Below are positions 44,706 to 53,461 of a stretch of 64,000 nt of DNA, one piece after another (position 1 is the stretch's first letter; every line of letters starts with the position of its first letter). The stretch covers positions 923-64,922 of the forward strand of contig JBBSEI010000013.1 in NCBI GenBank assembly GCA_038239865.1, written 5' to 3'. The notes beneath the pieces were generated by a model that worked only from the letters and a program-made list of their open reading frames with translations, did no database searches and was not told where the DNA came from. Origin of the DNA: Chthoniobacterales bacterium. Lineage in GTDB: Bacteria; Verrucomicrobiota; Verrucomicrobiia; Chthoniobacterales; Chthoniobacteraceae. The position numbers and the translations under genes were made by a program.

Positions 44706-45545
44706 GTGAAAAAAAACACCGCACGCAAACCGACGCCCGCTGAAGCCCCGCGCCCCATCGGTGTGTTCGATTCCGGCATCGGCGGGCTCACGGTGGTCGC
44801 CGAACTGCGGAAGCTCCTGCCCGCCGAGAGCATCTTCTACATCGGTGACACCGCGCGCGTCCCGTACGGCGGCAAGAGCCAGACGACCATCGAGCGATAC
44901 AGTCAGGAGATCACCGGACTCCTCCTCGCCGAGCGCGCAAAGCTCATCGTCGTCGCGTGCAACACCGCCAGCGCCCTCGCAGTCCCGCGGTTGAAGGAAA
45001 CGCTGCGAGTCCCCGTCACCGGCGTGATCGAGCCCGGCGCGCAAGCCGCCGTGAAGGCGACGCGCTCGGGAAAAGTCGGCGTCATCGGCACGCGCGCGAC
45101 CATCGCGAGCCGCGCCTACGAGCGCGCGATCGCGGAGCTGGACAGCGATGTGAAAGTCTTCACCGAGCCGTGTCCGCTCCTCGTCCCGCTCATCGAGGAA
45201 GGCTGGCTCGAGGACGCCGTCACCGACTCCATCATCGCGCGCTATTTGGAAAAGGTGCTGCGCGCGGGAGTGGACACGCTCGTCCTCGGCTGCACGCACT
45301 ACCCGCTGCTCCGCGAAGCCATCCAGCGCATCGCCGGCCCGAAGGTCACGCTCGTGGATTCCGCGCAAAACACCGCCCTCGCCGTCCGCGCCGTGCTCCG
45401 CCAGCAAAAGCTCGCCGCCCCGCGCAATGTCACCGGCAAACTCCAGATCGCACTCACCGATCCCGGCACCGGTTTCCTCCGCGTCGCCGAGCACGCACTT
45501 GGGCTGAATGTCGGCGAAGTCCAGCTTCGCGCGGTGCAAAAGTAG
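44706..45545 (+). CDS. murI: glutamate racemase
   Basis: In-frame GTG at 44706 (VKKNTARK...). Blocks GVFDSGIGGLTV, VVACNTAS and LGCTHYPLL. Confidence 0.85.
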   Translation: MKKNTARKPTPAEAPRPIGVFDSGIGGLTVVAELRKLLPAESIFYIGDTARVPYGGKSQTTIERYSQEITGLLLAERAKLIVVACNTASALAVPRLKETLRVPVTGVIEPGAQAAVKATRSGKVGVIGTRATIASRAYERAIAELDSDVKVFTEPCPLLVPLIEEGWLEDAVTDSIIARYLEKVLRAGVDTLVLGCTHYPLLREAIQRIAGPKVTLVDSAQNTALAVRAVLRQQKLAAPRNVTGKLQIALTDPGTGFLRVAEHALGLNVGEVQLRAVQK

Positions 45546-45549
45546 CGCG

Positions 45550-46818
45550 CTACTCGAACCGAATCCGCGCGCTGCGGCCGTGAGCGTCGAGGCCTTCGAT
45601 GCGGCTAAACTGCTCGATGGTCTCCACGCTCTTCGCGAGCGATGCGCGGTCGAGGCGGACGATGCTCGTGCGCCGCTGGAACATGTCGCTCATCAGTCCC
45701 GGAAAACTTTTCCCCGCCCCGCCCGTGGGCAGCGTGTGACTCGGCCCCGCGACAAAATCGCCCGCCGCCACCGGCGACCAACCGCCGAGAAAAATCGCGC
45801 CGCTCGTGCGGATGTCGCGTGCGAGTACATCCTCATTTTTCGCCACGATCGAAATGTGCTCGGGCGCGAAGTCGTTCGCGATGGCGACACCGTCGCGAAT
45901 GGATTTCACGAGCACGAGCGCGGCATTTTGATCGAGCACCTCGGTGAGATACGCGCGCCGGCTGAGGGGCGCAGCCTGCTTGCGGATTTCCTTTTCGACC
46001 GCAGCGAGGAGTCGCGCGCTGTCGGTGACAAAAACAATGCTGCTCCCGTGTCCGTGCTCCGCCTGCGCGAGCAAGTCGGCGGCGATCCACGCGGCTTTCG
46101 CCGACGCGTCGGCGAGCACGAAAATCTCACTCGGGCCTGGCAGCAAATCGATCGCGCACTGGCCGAAGACCTGACGCTTCGCCTCGACGACCCACGGGCT
46201 GCCAGGGCCAAAGATTTTCTGCACAGGCCGGATCGTCTTCGTGCCGTATGCAAGCGCGGCGACAGCCTGCGCGCCGCCGACGCGGTAAATCTCCGTCGCG
46301 CCCGCATGCCGCAGCGCGAAGATCAGTGCGGGATTCACCGTACCGTCCTTCCCGCAAGGCGTGGCGGCGACAATCTCCGGGCAGCCGGCCGCGGCCGCGA
46401 GCGTGACGGTCATCACTGCCGTCGAGACAAGCGGTGCAGTTCCGCCGGGCACATACACGCCGACGCGCTGGAACGGATCGAACCGCTCGCCGACGCGCGC
46501 GCCCTGCGCATTGCGACCGCTCCACGACTTGCGGAGACTTTTCTTTGCAAAGGCAAAAACGTTCTTGTGCGAAGTCGTGATCGCCGTGCGCGTCGCTGCA
46601 TCCACTGATGCACGTTCGTTCACTGCGAGTTGCGCCGCCTTCAGTTTCGGTCCGCCAAACTTCACTGTGTAGTCGAGCAGCGACGCATCACCGCGTTTGC
46701 GGATGTCCGCGATGATTGTGGCGACGGTCTTGCGCACATCATCCGTGGGCTCCGAGTGCCGCTTCAGAGCGGCGAGGGCCTTTGCAAAACCGGGCTGTGT
46801 GTGGCGGAGAATCTTCAT
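45550..46818 (-). CDS. hisD: histidinol dehydrogenase
   Basis: Starts at MKILRHTQ. Blocks YVPGGTAPL, GPGSPWV, LLAQAEHG and APEHISIV. Confidence 0.9.
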   Translation of the reverse strand: MKILRHTQPGFAKALAALKRHSEPTDDVRKTVATIIADIRKRGDASLLDYTVKFGGPKLKAAQLAVNERASVDAATRTAITTSHKNVFAFAKKSLRKSWSGRNAQGARVGERFDPFQRVGVYVPGGTAPLVSTAVMTVTLAAAAGCPEIVAATPCGKDGTVNPALIFALRHAGATEIYRVGGAQAVAALAYGTKTIRPVQKIFGPGSPWVVEAKRQVFGQCAIDLLPGPSEIFVLADASAKAAWIAADLLAQAEHGHGSSIVFVTDSARLLAAVEKEIRKQAAPLSRRAYLTEVLDQNAALVLVKSIRDGVAIANDFAPEHISIVAKNEDVLARDIRTSGAIFLGGWSPVAAGDFVAGPSHTLPTGGAGKSFPGLMSDMFQRRTSIVRLDRASLAKSVETIEQFSRIEGLDAHGRSARIRFE

Positions 46819-46922
46819 GCGCGCGCAGCTTGTAGGCGTGGCAATGCTTCGCAATCAAGCGGCTGCGCTCGGTGTTTGCGGCTCATGCCATCTGGCAAAA
46901 ACAGCCCGACAGAAAATCGGAA

Positions 46923-47082
46923 GGCGTGTCTCGGGTAGGGTGGGCGTCCCGCCCGCCGTATTCCGCGTCCCGCGGAATACTTCCAGGCACCAGCGGCGGA
47001 TGAGCGCCTGCGATCATCCGCCGGGTGTCGCGTGGGACGCGCGCCACGGCGGGCGGGCCGCCCACCCTACCCGAGACACGCC
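46923..47082. repeat. ~160-bp nested-hairpin palindromic element, family copy 1
   Basis: Arms GGCGTGTCTCGGGTAGGGTGGGCGTCCCGCCCGCCGT and ACGGCGGGCGGGCCGCCCACCCTACCCGAGACACGCC. Inner perfect 10-bp stem GTATTCCGCG-TCC-CGCGGAATAC. Positions 46932-46980 are identical to 52715-52763. Confidence 0.9.
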
Positions 47083-47145
47083 GCCGTGTTTCACGGCGCA
47101 TCGATCATTTTTTCTCCGCAATTCGGTAACAGCCAGTCGTCCGGC

Positions 47146-49911
47146 TCACTTCGCGGCGATCATCTCCGGCTGCGCGGCCTTCTTTTCCACGGGTGCGCTC
47201 ACGCGCTCCACGTCCACGGCGACGACTTTGTATTCGGGGCACATCGTATCCTCGTCGCACTCGCTGCTGGTGACGACATTCACGAGGTGCTCGGGGAAAT
47301 GGAACGTGGTGTAGAGGATGCCCGGCTTCACTTCGTCGGAGACCTTCGCGTGGATGCGGACTTCACCGCGCGCGGAGAAGATGCGCACGAGATCGCCGTC
47401 GATGATCTTCTTTTTAGCAGCGTCGTCGGGATGGATGGCGAGCAGATCCTCGGTGACGATTTGCGCGTTGCCGGTGCGGCGCGTCATCGTGCCGCAGTTG
47501 TAGTGTTCGAGCACGCGGCCCGTCGTGAGGATGAACGGGAATTCGCCGAGGTGCTGCACGATCTCGCGCGACTCCTGGAAGCGGAAGAAATGGAATTTGC
47601 CGAGGCCGCGTTTGAACGTCTCGGTGTGCAGGATTTCGGTGCCGACGCAGCCTTCATTGATGGGCCACTGCTTGCCGTTGTCGCCGAGTCCCTCCCACGT
47701 CGCGCCTTTGAAAAACGGCACCACGCGCGCGATCTCCGCGAGCACGCCGTCGGGCGTGTAGTCGGGCTGCGGGATGCCCATGCGGTTCATAATGTCCACG
47801 ACGATCTGGCCGTCGGTCTTCGTGCCGGCGAGCGGCGGGATGACTTCGTTCACGCGCTGCACGCGACGTTCGCCGTTGGTGAAGGTGCCGCTCTTCTCAA
47901 AGAATGATGCGCCGGGCAGCACGACGTTTGCAAACTTCGCGGTCTCGCTCATGAAGATTTCCTGCACGACGAGGAACTCCAGCGAGTTCAGCGCCTTCTT
48001 CACGTGCTCGGTGTTCGGATCGGTCTGCACGAGGTCCTGGCCCATGACCCAAAGCGCCTTCAATTTTCCCGCGAGCGCGGCGTCATACATCTGCGGGATT
48101 TTGAGGCCGATTTGGTCGGACATTTTCGCGCCGTAGAACTGCTCATACATCGCGTGGTTCGCCGGATCGTTCACCTGCAAATAGCCCGCGCCCTGATGCG
48201 GCTGGCAGCCCATGTCGGCGGTGCCCTGCACGTTGTTCTGCCCGCGCAATGGATTCACGCCCACGCCGCGGCGGCCGATGTTGCCGGTCATCATCGCGAT
48301 GTCGGCGATGAGCATGATCGTCTTCGAGCCGTGCGTGTGCTCGGTGACACCGAGGCCGTGGAATGCCATCGCATTTTCCGCGTTCGCGTATTCGAGCGCG
48401 GCGGCCTTCACGAGATTGCGATCCACGCCGTGGATTTTTTCCAGCTCATCGAGGTCCAGCGAGCGCAGGCCATTTTCAAACTCCGCCCAGTTCTCGCAGC
48501 GCTTCCCGATGAATTCGCGATCCACGAGACCCGCTTCCCAGATGTAAAACGCGAACATGTCGAGCAGCGCGACGTTTGTGCCGGGGCGGAGTTGGAGGTG
48601 ATACTTCGCAAATTTTACGATCTCGATCTCGCGCGGGTCCACGATGATGAGCGGCACGCCCTTCATCGCGCGCTGCTTGATCTTCGCGCCCGTCACGGGA
48701 TGGCCCTCAGTCGGGTTCGCGCCGATGACGAGCATGCAATTCGTGAATTCGATATCCACGACCGAGTTTGTCGCCGCGCCGGTGCCGAATGCCTTCTGCA
48801 TCCCCCACGCCGTCGGCGAGTGGCAGACGCGCGCGCACGCATCAATGTTGTTCGTGCCGAACGCCACGCGGATGAATTTCTGCATGAGGTAATTTTCCTC
48901 ATTCGTGCAGCGCGCCGACGAAATGCCGCCGATCGCATCACCGCCGTGCTCGGCTTTGATGCGCTTCAGATTCTCCGCGATGTGACTGTAAGCCTCGTCC
49001 CAAGTCGCCTCGACGAAGTGCCCGTTGGTGCGGATGAGCGGCTTCCGCAGACGATCCTTGTGGTTGTAAAATTTGAACGCGTAGCGGCCCTTGAGGCAGG
49101 TGTGCGCGTGGTTCACCTCGGCATCGATCGGCGCCTGGATGGACAAAATTTCGCCGCCCTTCGTGGCCACGTCCAGATTGCAGCCGACGCCGCAGTACGT
49201 GCAAATCGTGCGCGTCTTCTTGGTCGCCTCGATGGACTTCGATTTGAAGACATCCGAAATCGCCGAGGTCGGGCACGCCTGCGCGCACGCGCCGCACGAG
49301 ACGCAGGTCGAGTCCGCAAAAGTGTCGTCCATCGTCTTGATGATCCGCGCATCGAAGCCGCGCCCGTGCATCGAGAGCACGAACTGCCCCTGCACTTCGT
49401 CGCACGCGCGCACGCAGCGCGAGCAGTTGATGCACTTCGAGAGGTCCGAAGTCATGTAGGGATGCGAGAGATCCTTCGTGCGGTCGAGATGGTTCTTGCC
49501 CGCCGGGTAGCGCACGCTGCGAATGCCGACTTTCGCCGCGACGGTCTGCAGCTCGCAGTTGCCGTTCACCTCGCACGTCAGGCAGTCGAGCGGATGATCG
49601 GTGAGCACGAGTTCGATGATGTTTCGGCGCAGTCCCTGGATCTTTTTTGACTCGGTAAAAATGTGCATCCCCGCTGCGAGCGGCGTGTGGCACGCGGCCA
49701 CGACGCGGCGCGCCCCGTCGGCACTCTGAGCGATCTCGACGGAGCAGACGCGGCACGCGCCATACGGTTTGAGCTGCGGCGCATCGCAAAGCGTCGGCAC
49801 ATGCCCGCGCCCGCGGTGGCGGTCGATGAAATTGAGCAGCGTGTCGCCGGACTCGAACTGCTGCGGCTGCCCGTCAATGAAGGCGGTAATGGTTGCGAGG
49901 TCTTGGACCAT
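47146..49911 (-). CDS. fdhA: NAD-dependent formate dehydrogenase catalytic (alpha) subunit, Cys type
   Basis: 921 aa. N-terminal NuoG-like 2Fe-2S/4Fe-4S cysteine clusters (CRVCSV, CLTCEVNGNCELQ, CINCSRCVRAC, CVSCGACAQACP). Molybdopterin domain with TYCGVGC and the active-site block ARVCHSPT. Confidence 0.9.
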   Translation of the reverse strand: MVQDLATITAFIDGQPQQFESGDTLLNFIDRHRGRGHVPTLCDAPQLKPYGACRVCSVEIAQSADGARRVVAACHTPLAAGMHIFTESKKIQGLRRNIIELVLTDHPLDCLTCEVNGNCELQTVAAKVGIRSVRYPAGKNHLDRTKDLSHPYMTSDLSKCINCSRCVRACDEVQGQFVLSMHGRGFDARIIKTMDDTFADSTCVSCGACAQACPTSAISDVFKSKSIEATKKTRTICTYCGVGCNLDVATKGGEILSIQAPIDAEVNHAHTCLKGRYAFKFYNHKDRLRKPLIRTNGHFVEATWDEAYSHIAENLKRIKAEHGGDAIGGISSARCTNEENYLMQKFIRVAFGTNNIDACARVCHSPTAWGMQKAFGTGAATNSVVDIEFTNCMLVIGANPTEGHPVTGAKIKQRAMKGVPLIIVDPREIEIVKFAKYHLQLRPGTNVALLDMFAFYIWEAGLVDREFIGKRCENWAEFENGLRSLDLDELEKIHGVDRNLVKAAALEYANAENAMAFHGLGVTEHTHGSKTIMLIADIAMMTGNIGRRGVGVNPLRGQNNVQGTADMGCQPHQGAGYLQVNDPANHAMYEQFYGAKMSDQIGLKIPQMYDAALAGKLKALWVMGQDLVQTDPNTEHVKKALNSLEFLVVQEIFMSETAKFANVVLPGASFFEKSGTFTNGERRVQRVNEVIPPLAGTKTDGQIVVDIMNRMGIPQPDYTPDGVLAEIARVVPFFKGATWEGLGDNGKQWPINEGCVGTEILHTETFKRGLGKFHFFRFQESREIVQHLGEFPFILTTGRVLEHYNCGTMTRRTGNAQIVTEDLLAIHPDDAAKKKIIDGDLVRIFSARGEVRIHAKVSDEVKPGILYTTFHFPEHLVNVVTSSECDEDTMCPEYKVVAVDVERVSAPVEKKAAQPEMIAAK

Positions 49912-49923
49912 GGTGATGGGAGG

Positions 49924-50349
49924 TTAAGTGGGATGAGTTTCTGCCGGGAGCAGCGAGAGCACGAAATCGTAGATGCGCTGTGCGGCGGCGAGGGCTTCGT
50001 CAAATTGTGCCCTCGTTGGCTCCGGAGATGCCTCCCAGTCGGTTTCATCCGGGTAACGGAACGAAGTGACAAGCGGAGTCAGCAGGTCGGCATCGTCGAG
50101 CAGTTCATCAAACCGTGCATTGATCTTCGAAGCGCCTTCCGCGAGCTGCGTAATGTTGTGCGTGCGCTGCACCGGAATTTCCTGGTGGTGGAGAAACGCT
50201 TTGACGGCCTTTTCGCCCGCCTGCTGGCAGTGGTAAATCGCGGTGTCCAGTGGCGGATTTTTGTCCGCGGAGAGAATCATGGCAGTCCGCAGATCGCTCC
50301 GCGCCTTTACCAGCCATGCCTTCGTGCGCAGGTGGAGATCAGTGCCCAT
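49924..50349 (-). CDS. HEPN domain protein (putative toxin partner of MNT)
   Basis: 141 aa. HEPN-like AIYHCQQAGEKAVKAFLHHQ...QRTHNITQL. Its start overlaps the MNT gene by 11 nt. Confidence 0.8.
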   Translation of the reverse strand: MGTDLHLRTKAWLVKARSDLRTAMILSADKNPPLDTAIYHCQQAGEKAVKAFLHHQEIPVQRTHNITQLAEGASKINARFDELLDDADLLTPLVTSFRYPDETDWEASPEPTRAQFDEALAAAQRIYDFVLSLLPAETHPT

Positions 50350-50710
50350 AGAGCTTCATGCCCTCGCGGAAGATTTTGTAAGTCAGGGAGGGGCGCAGAT
50401 TCCCGAAGCGGTTTGCAGCCTCGGATGTTGCCACGATGACGTCCTTGGCCATGCCGAGGCCGCGCAGACTGCGGTGCGCGCGCTGTGCACGCGCGAGCGA
50501 GTTTTCGCTGCTCTCGCCGACAACGACATAAAAATCCAAATCGCTGTCGCCCGTCGGCTCGCCCCAGGCATACGAGCCGAAAAGCCAGATTTGCTCCGGC
50601 TGGAATTCCGCGACGAGTCGCTCGACGGCGGTGTCAATAGCCGCCTGAACCTCCGGCTTCAAAACCGGGTGCGTCGGCGCGTTCGCGGTCGTTGGCAGCA
50701 CGGCGCTCAT
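50339..50710 (-). CDS. minimal nucleotidyltransferase (MNT, putative antitoxin)
   Basis: 123 aa. Pol-beta-superfamily motif LFGSYAWGEPTGDSDLDFYVVV. Its start codon shares ATGA with the stop of the upstream NuoE/F-like gene. Confidence 0.85.
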   Translation of the reverse strand: MSAVLPTTANAPTHPVLKPEVQAAIDTAVERLVAEFQPEQIWLFGSYAWGEPTGDSDLDFYVVVGESSENSLARAQRAHRSLRGLGMAKDVIVATSEAANRFGNLRPSLTYKIFREGMKLYGH

Positions 50711-52380
50711 GCTTTGCGGTCGGTTTTGAAATACGCGCTCATCTCGTCGCCGAAATATTGCAGCGCATTTTTGATCGGCAAGGGCACTCCGCCGCCGAGC
50801 GCGCAGAGCGAGGTCTGCTCCATCGTGTCGAGCAGATCGTCAATGAGCGTGCGGTCAATTTTGTAGCTGCTGTCGCTGCGCGCCTTCGCGACGAGCTCCG
50901 CGCCGCGCGTGCTGCCGAGGCGGCAGGGGAAGCATTTGCCGCAGCTTTCGTCGGCGGTGAATTGGAACAGGTGCTGGATGTATTCGATCATCGGGAACGA
51001 CTCGGGGATGCTCACGATGCCGCCGTGGCCAAGGAGAAATCCGCCTTTTTTAAACGACTCAAAATCCACGGTGATCTCGCCAAATTTTGCCGCCGGCACG
51101 ATGCCGCCGAGCGGCCCGCCGATGTGGATTGCCTTAATCTTCGTCTTGAAGCCACCCGCGAGCGCGACGACATCGCTCAGCGGTGTGCCCATCGCGACTT
51201 CGTAGATGCCGGGCTTTGCAAAATGGGTGTCGAGCGAGAGCAGCTTCGGCCCGGTGCTCTGCGCGGTGCCGACTGCGGCGTAGCCTTTACCGCCGAGCGT
51301 GAGGATCGCGTGGAGGTTGGAGAATGTCTCGACGTTGTTCACGATCGTCGGCTTGCGATAAAGCCCCTCGACCGTCGGGAAAGGCGGGCGCACGCGCACT
51401 TCCGGGCGCTGGCCTTCGATGCTCGCGAGCAGCGCCGTTTCTTCGCCGCAGATGTAAGCGCCCGCGCCCTTGATCGTCTTCAGGAAAAAATTGAATCCGC
51501 TGCCGAGAATGTTTTTCCCGAGCAACCCCGCGGCGTGCAGTTCCGCGATGGCCGCGTTCACGATCCGAATCGAATCCGGATACTCTGCGCGGATGTAGAG
51601 CACGCCGACTTCCGCGCCGGCGAACCACCCCGCGACCATCATGCCGAGCAGCACCGAGTGCGGGCGCTGCTCCATGAGATACTTGTCAATGTAAGCGCCG
51701 GGATCGCCCTCGTCCGCGTTGCAGACGACATACTTCACCGCGCCTTCGCTCGCGCGGCAGGAGGACCATTTGAAGTGCAGCGGAAATCCCGCGCCACCGC
51801 GCCCGCGCAGGCCGGAGTCCTTGAGTTCGCCCGCGAGCCAGTCGCGATCTTTTCCAAGGAGCGCGCGGAAGGGCTCGTAGTATTTTTCAATGCCGGGGAA
51901 CGGTGCCGTGAGTTGCGCTGGCTGGAGGTGAGACACGACCGCGTAGCGATCCTCCGCATCGCCTTCGCCGGTGGTGAAAAGTTCGCCGAGTGCGGCATCG
52001 GACTGGCCGGAAAAATTTCGCCCGTCGAACTGAAACGCCCCGCCCTGATGACAGCGCCCGAGGCAGCAGATGTGCCCGATCGCATTTTCCGAAAAATGCG
52101 TGTCCAGCGAGTCGTGCAGCTTCTCCTGCGTCCCTGCGCACAGGCACGCTGAGCCATTGCAGATGAACACCTTCTTTCCTGCATTTTCCTTCTTCAAAAA
52201 ATCGTAGAACGAAACCGCGCCGAGCGTGATCGCATCGCCGAAGAGCGATTTCTCGCCGAGCACTCGCACCGTCTTGGGTTGCGCTGCTGTGCCTGTTTGA
52301 TCCGCAGCCTCCACCATTCGCTCGAAAAGATTCTTATCGGCGCTTTTGCGAAAGGAGAGTGCGCTGAGGTTTTCGGACAT
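50707..52380 (-). CDS. NuoE/NuoF-fusion diaphorase (beta) subunit of NAD-dependent formate dehydrogenase
   Basis: Starts at MSENLSAL. N-terminal NuoE-like 2Fe-2S cysteines (CNGSAC...CLGRC). NuoF blocks GRGGAGFP, CNADEGDPGA and YICGEETAL, plus the 4Fe-4S cluster ESCGKCFPCR...CALG. Confidence 0.85.
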   Translation of the reverse strand: MSENLSALSFRKSADKNLFERMVEAADQTGTAAQPKTVRVLGEKSLFGDAITLGAVSFYDFLKKENAGKKVFICNGSACLCAGTQEKLHDSLDTHFSENAIGHICCLGRCHQGGAFQFDGRNFSGQSDAALGELFTTGEGDAEDRYAVVSHLQPAQLTAPFPGIEKYYEPFRALLGKDRDWLAGELKDSGLRGRGGAGFPLHFKWSSCRASEGAVKYVVCNADEGDPGAYIDKYLMEQRPHSVLLGMMVAGWFAGAEVGVLYIRAEYPDSIRIVNAAIAELHAAGLLGKNILGSGFNFFLKTIKGAGAYICGEETALLASIEGQRPEVRVRPPFPTVEGLYRKPTIVNNVETFSNLHAILTLGGKGYAAVGTAQSTGPKLLSLDTHFAKPGIYEVAMGTPLSDVVALAGGFKTKIKAIHIGGPLGGIVPAAKFGEITVDFESFKKGGFLLGHGGIVSIPESFPMIEYIQHLFQFTADESCGKCFPCRLGSTRGAELVAKARSDSSYKIDRTLIDDLLDTMEQTSLCALGGGVPLPIKNALQYFGDEMSAYFKTDRKA

Positions 52381-52467
52381 GGGAACGGGGAGTGCGTGGG
52401 GGCAGACATTCAAAGCACGTCCTCCGCGACTTTGCCAGCGTTCTAAGAAATCGCGCGGGCCATCCGT

Positions 52468-52683
52468 ATGCCTCATAGACACCCCATGCCTCCCACGGAC
52501 ACGCCCGAATTCATCGCCTTGCTGGACCGTTACCAGCGGATGCTCATCGGGTATGCGCGCAGCATCACAGGCGATCTCGATTCGGCGCGCGATGTGCGGA
52601 GTTCATCTCGCTGCTGGAAAAGGCGCAGGCTCTGGCGCGCTGACATCATTGCGATCTTATACCGTCTTTCGGAAACAAGATGA
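52468..52683 (+). pseudogene. 5' remnant of an ECF-type sigma-70 factor gene
   Basis: Only the first ~45 codons look sigma-like (DTPEFIALLDRYQRMLIGYARSITGDLDSARDV, region 2.1/2.2 pattern). The rest is Arg/Ser/Trp-rich noise and the ORF ends just before palindromic element copy 2. No region 4 is found in any frame. Confidence 0.4.
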
Positions 52684-52705
52684 CAGATGCGCGGCGAAGC
52701 GGGAT

Positions 52706-52866
52706 GGCGTGCAGCGGGTAGGGTGGGCGTCCCGCCCGCCGTATTCCGCGTCCCGCGGAATACAATTCGGACGCCGCTGGCGTAAAGAACACCTGGATTC
52801 TTCCGCCCGGTGCCGCGCGGGACGCGCGCACGGCAGGCGGGACGCCTCTCCTACCCGAGACATGCC
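52706..52866. repeat. ~160-bp nested-hairpin palindromic element, family copy 2
   Basis: Same orientation as copy 1. The 49-bp block CGGGTAGGGTGGGCGTCCCGCCCGCCGTATTCCGCGTCCCGCGGAATAC is identical. The right arm is degenerate (ACGGCAGGCGGGACGCCTCTCCTACCCGAGACATGCC). Confidence 0.9.
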
Positions 52867-53044
52867 CTCCCGCTTTCTGTCCGGTTATTTGTGAAAGATG
52901 GCATCAGGCACGCGATGGCGCGACCGCGCGGACTGTCGCCGCAATCGCACCGCGCGCGACGGGGCGACTGCCGGAAAATTTCAGAGCCGCGAGGATGGGG
53001 CATCCTCGCGGCTCTTTCTTGGGGAGGGGACTGCGATGGGGAAA

Positions 53045-53356
53045 TCAGCGCTCGAAAATGAAGCGCAGCAGGCCTCCGAACGGAGGTGCGGGACGCAGCG
53101 GCGGCGGCGGCGGGGAATAGTACGCGGGCGGCGGTGCGAAGCGCCGCGGTTCCGGCACGATCACGACCGGTCCTCGATACCGGCGATGCTCGCCCCACGC
53201 GCCGGGGCCGTCGGGAAAATAACCGGGGCCGGGGCCGAATTCGCGTCCGTAAGGTCTGGGGCCGGGAGGCTGCTGGAAGGGGCCTTGCGCGTGGGCGGTG
53301 AGTCCGCCGGCTGCGAGTGTCAGTGCGAGGGTGGCGGCTGCGAGGAGCATTTTCAT
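53045..53356 (-). CDS. small secreted Pro/Gly-rich hypothetical protein
   Basis: Internal Met of ORF 53045..53941(-). MKMLLAAATLALTLAAGGLTAHA signal peptide followed by PGPRPYGREFGPGPGYFPDGPG...PPPAYYSPPPPP. The low-complexity sequence makes the call tentative. Confidence 0.4.
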   Translation of the reverse strand: MKMLLAAATLALTLAAGGLTAHAQGPFQQPPGPRPYGREFGPGPGYFPDGPGAWGEHRRYRGPVVIVPEPRRFAPPPAYYSPPPPPLRPAPPFGGLLRFIFER

Positions 53357-53461
53357 AACGGTAATTTCGACGGCCCGTGCGCGCGGGTATTCAAAATGTT
53401 CTCGGCGCAATTTGCCGCTGGAGGACCGGTTTTCCGCTGGTATGCTTTTCCACTCTCCATC

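Noticed and set aside
48004-49650. 548-aa ORF on the plus strand, and the similar ORFs 50692..52152 and 53945..55372
   Set aside because: They are antisense to fdhA, the NuoE/F-like gene and the second PSCyt gene respectively. Arg/His/Ala-rich with no motifs.
52898-53461. 188-codon N-terminal extension of the second PSCyt gene
   Set aside because: It is Arg/Gly/Ala-rich, runs over the palindromic-element flank and is antisense to the small Pro-rich ORF. The ATG at 53462 gives a proper signal peptide directly before the cytochrome-like motif.
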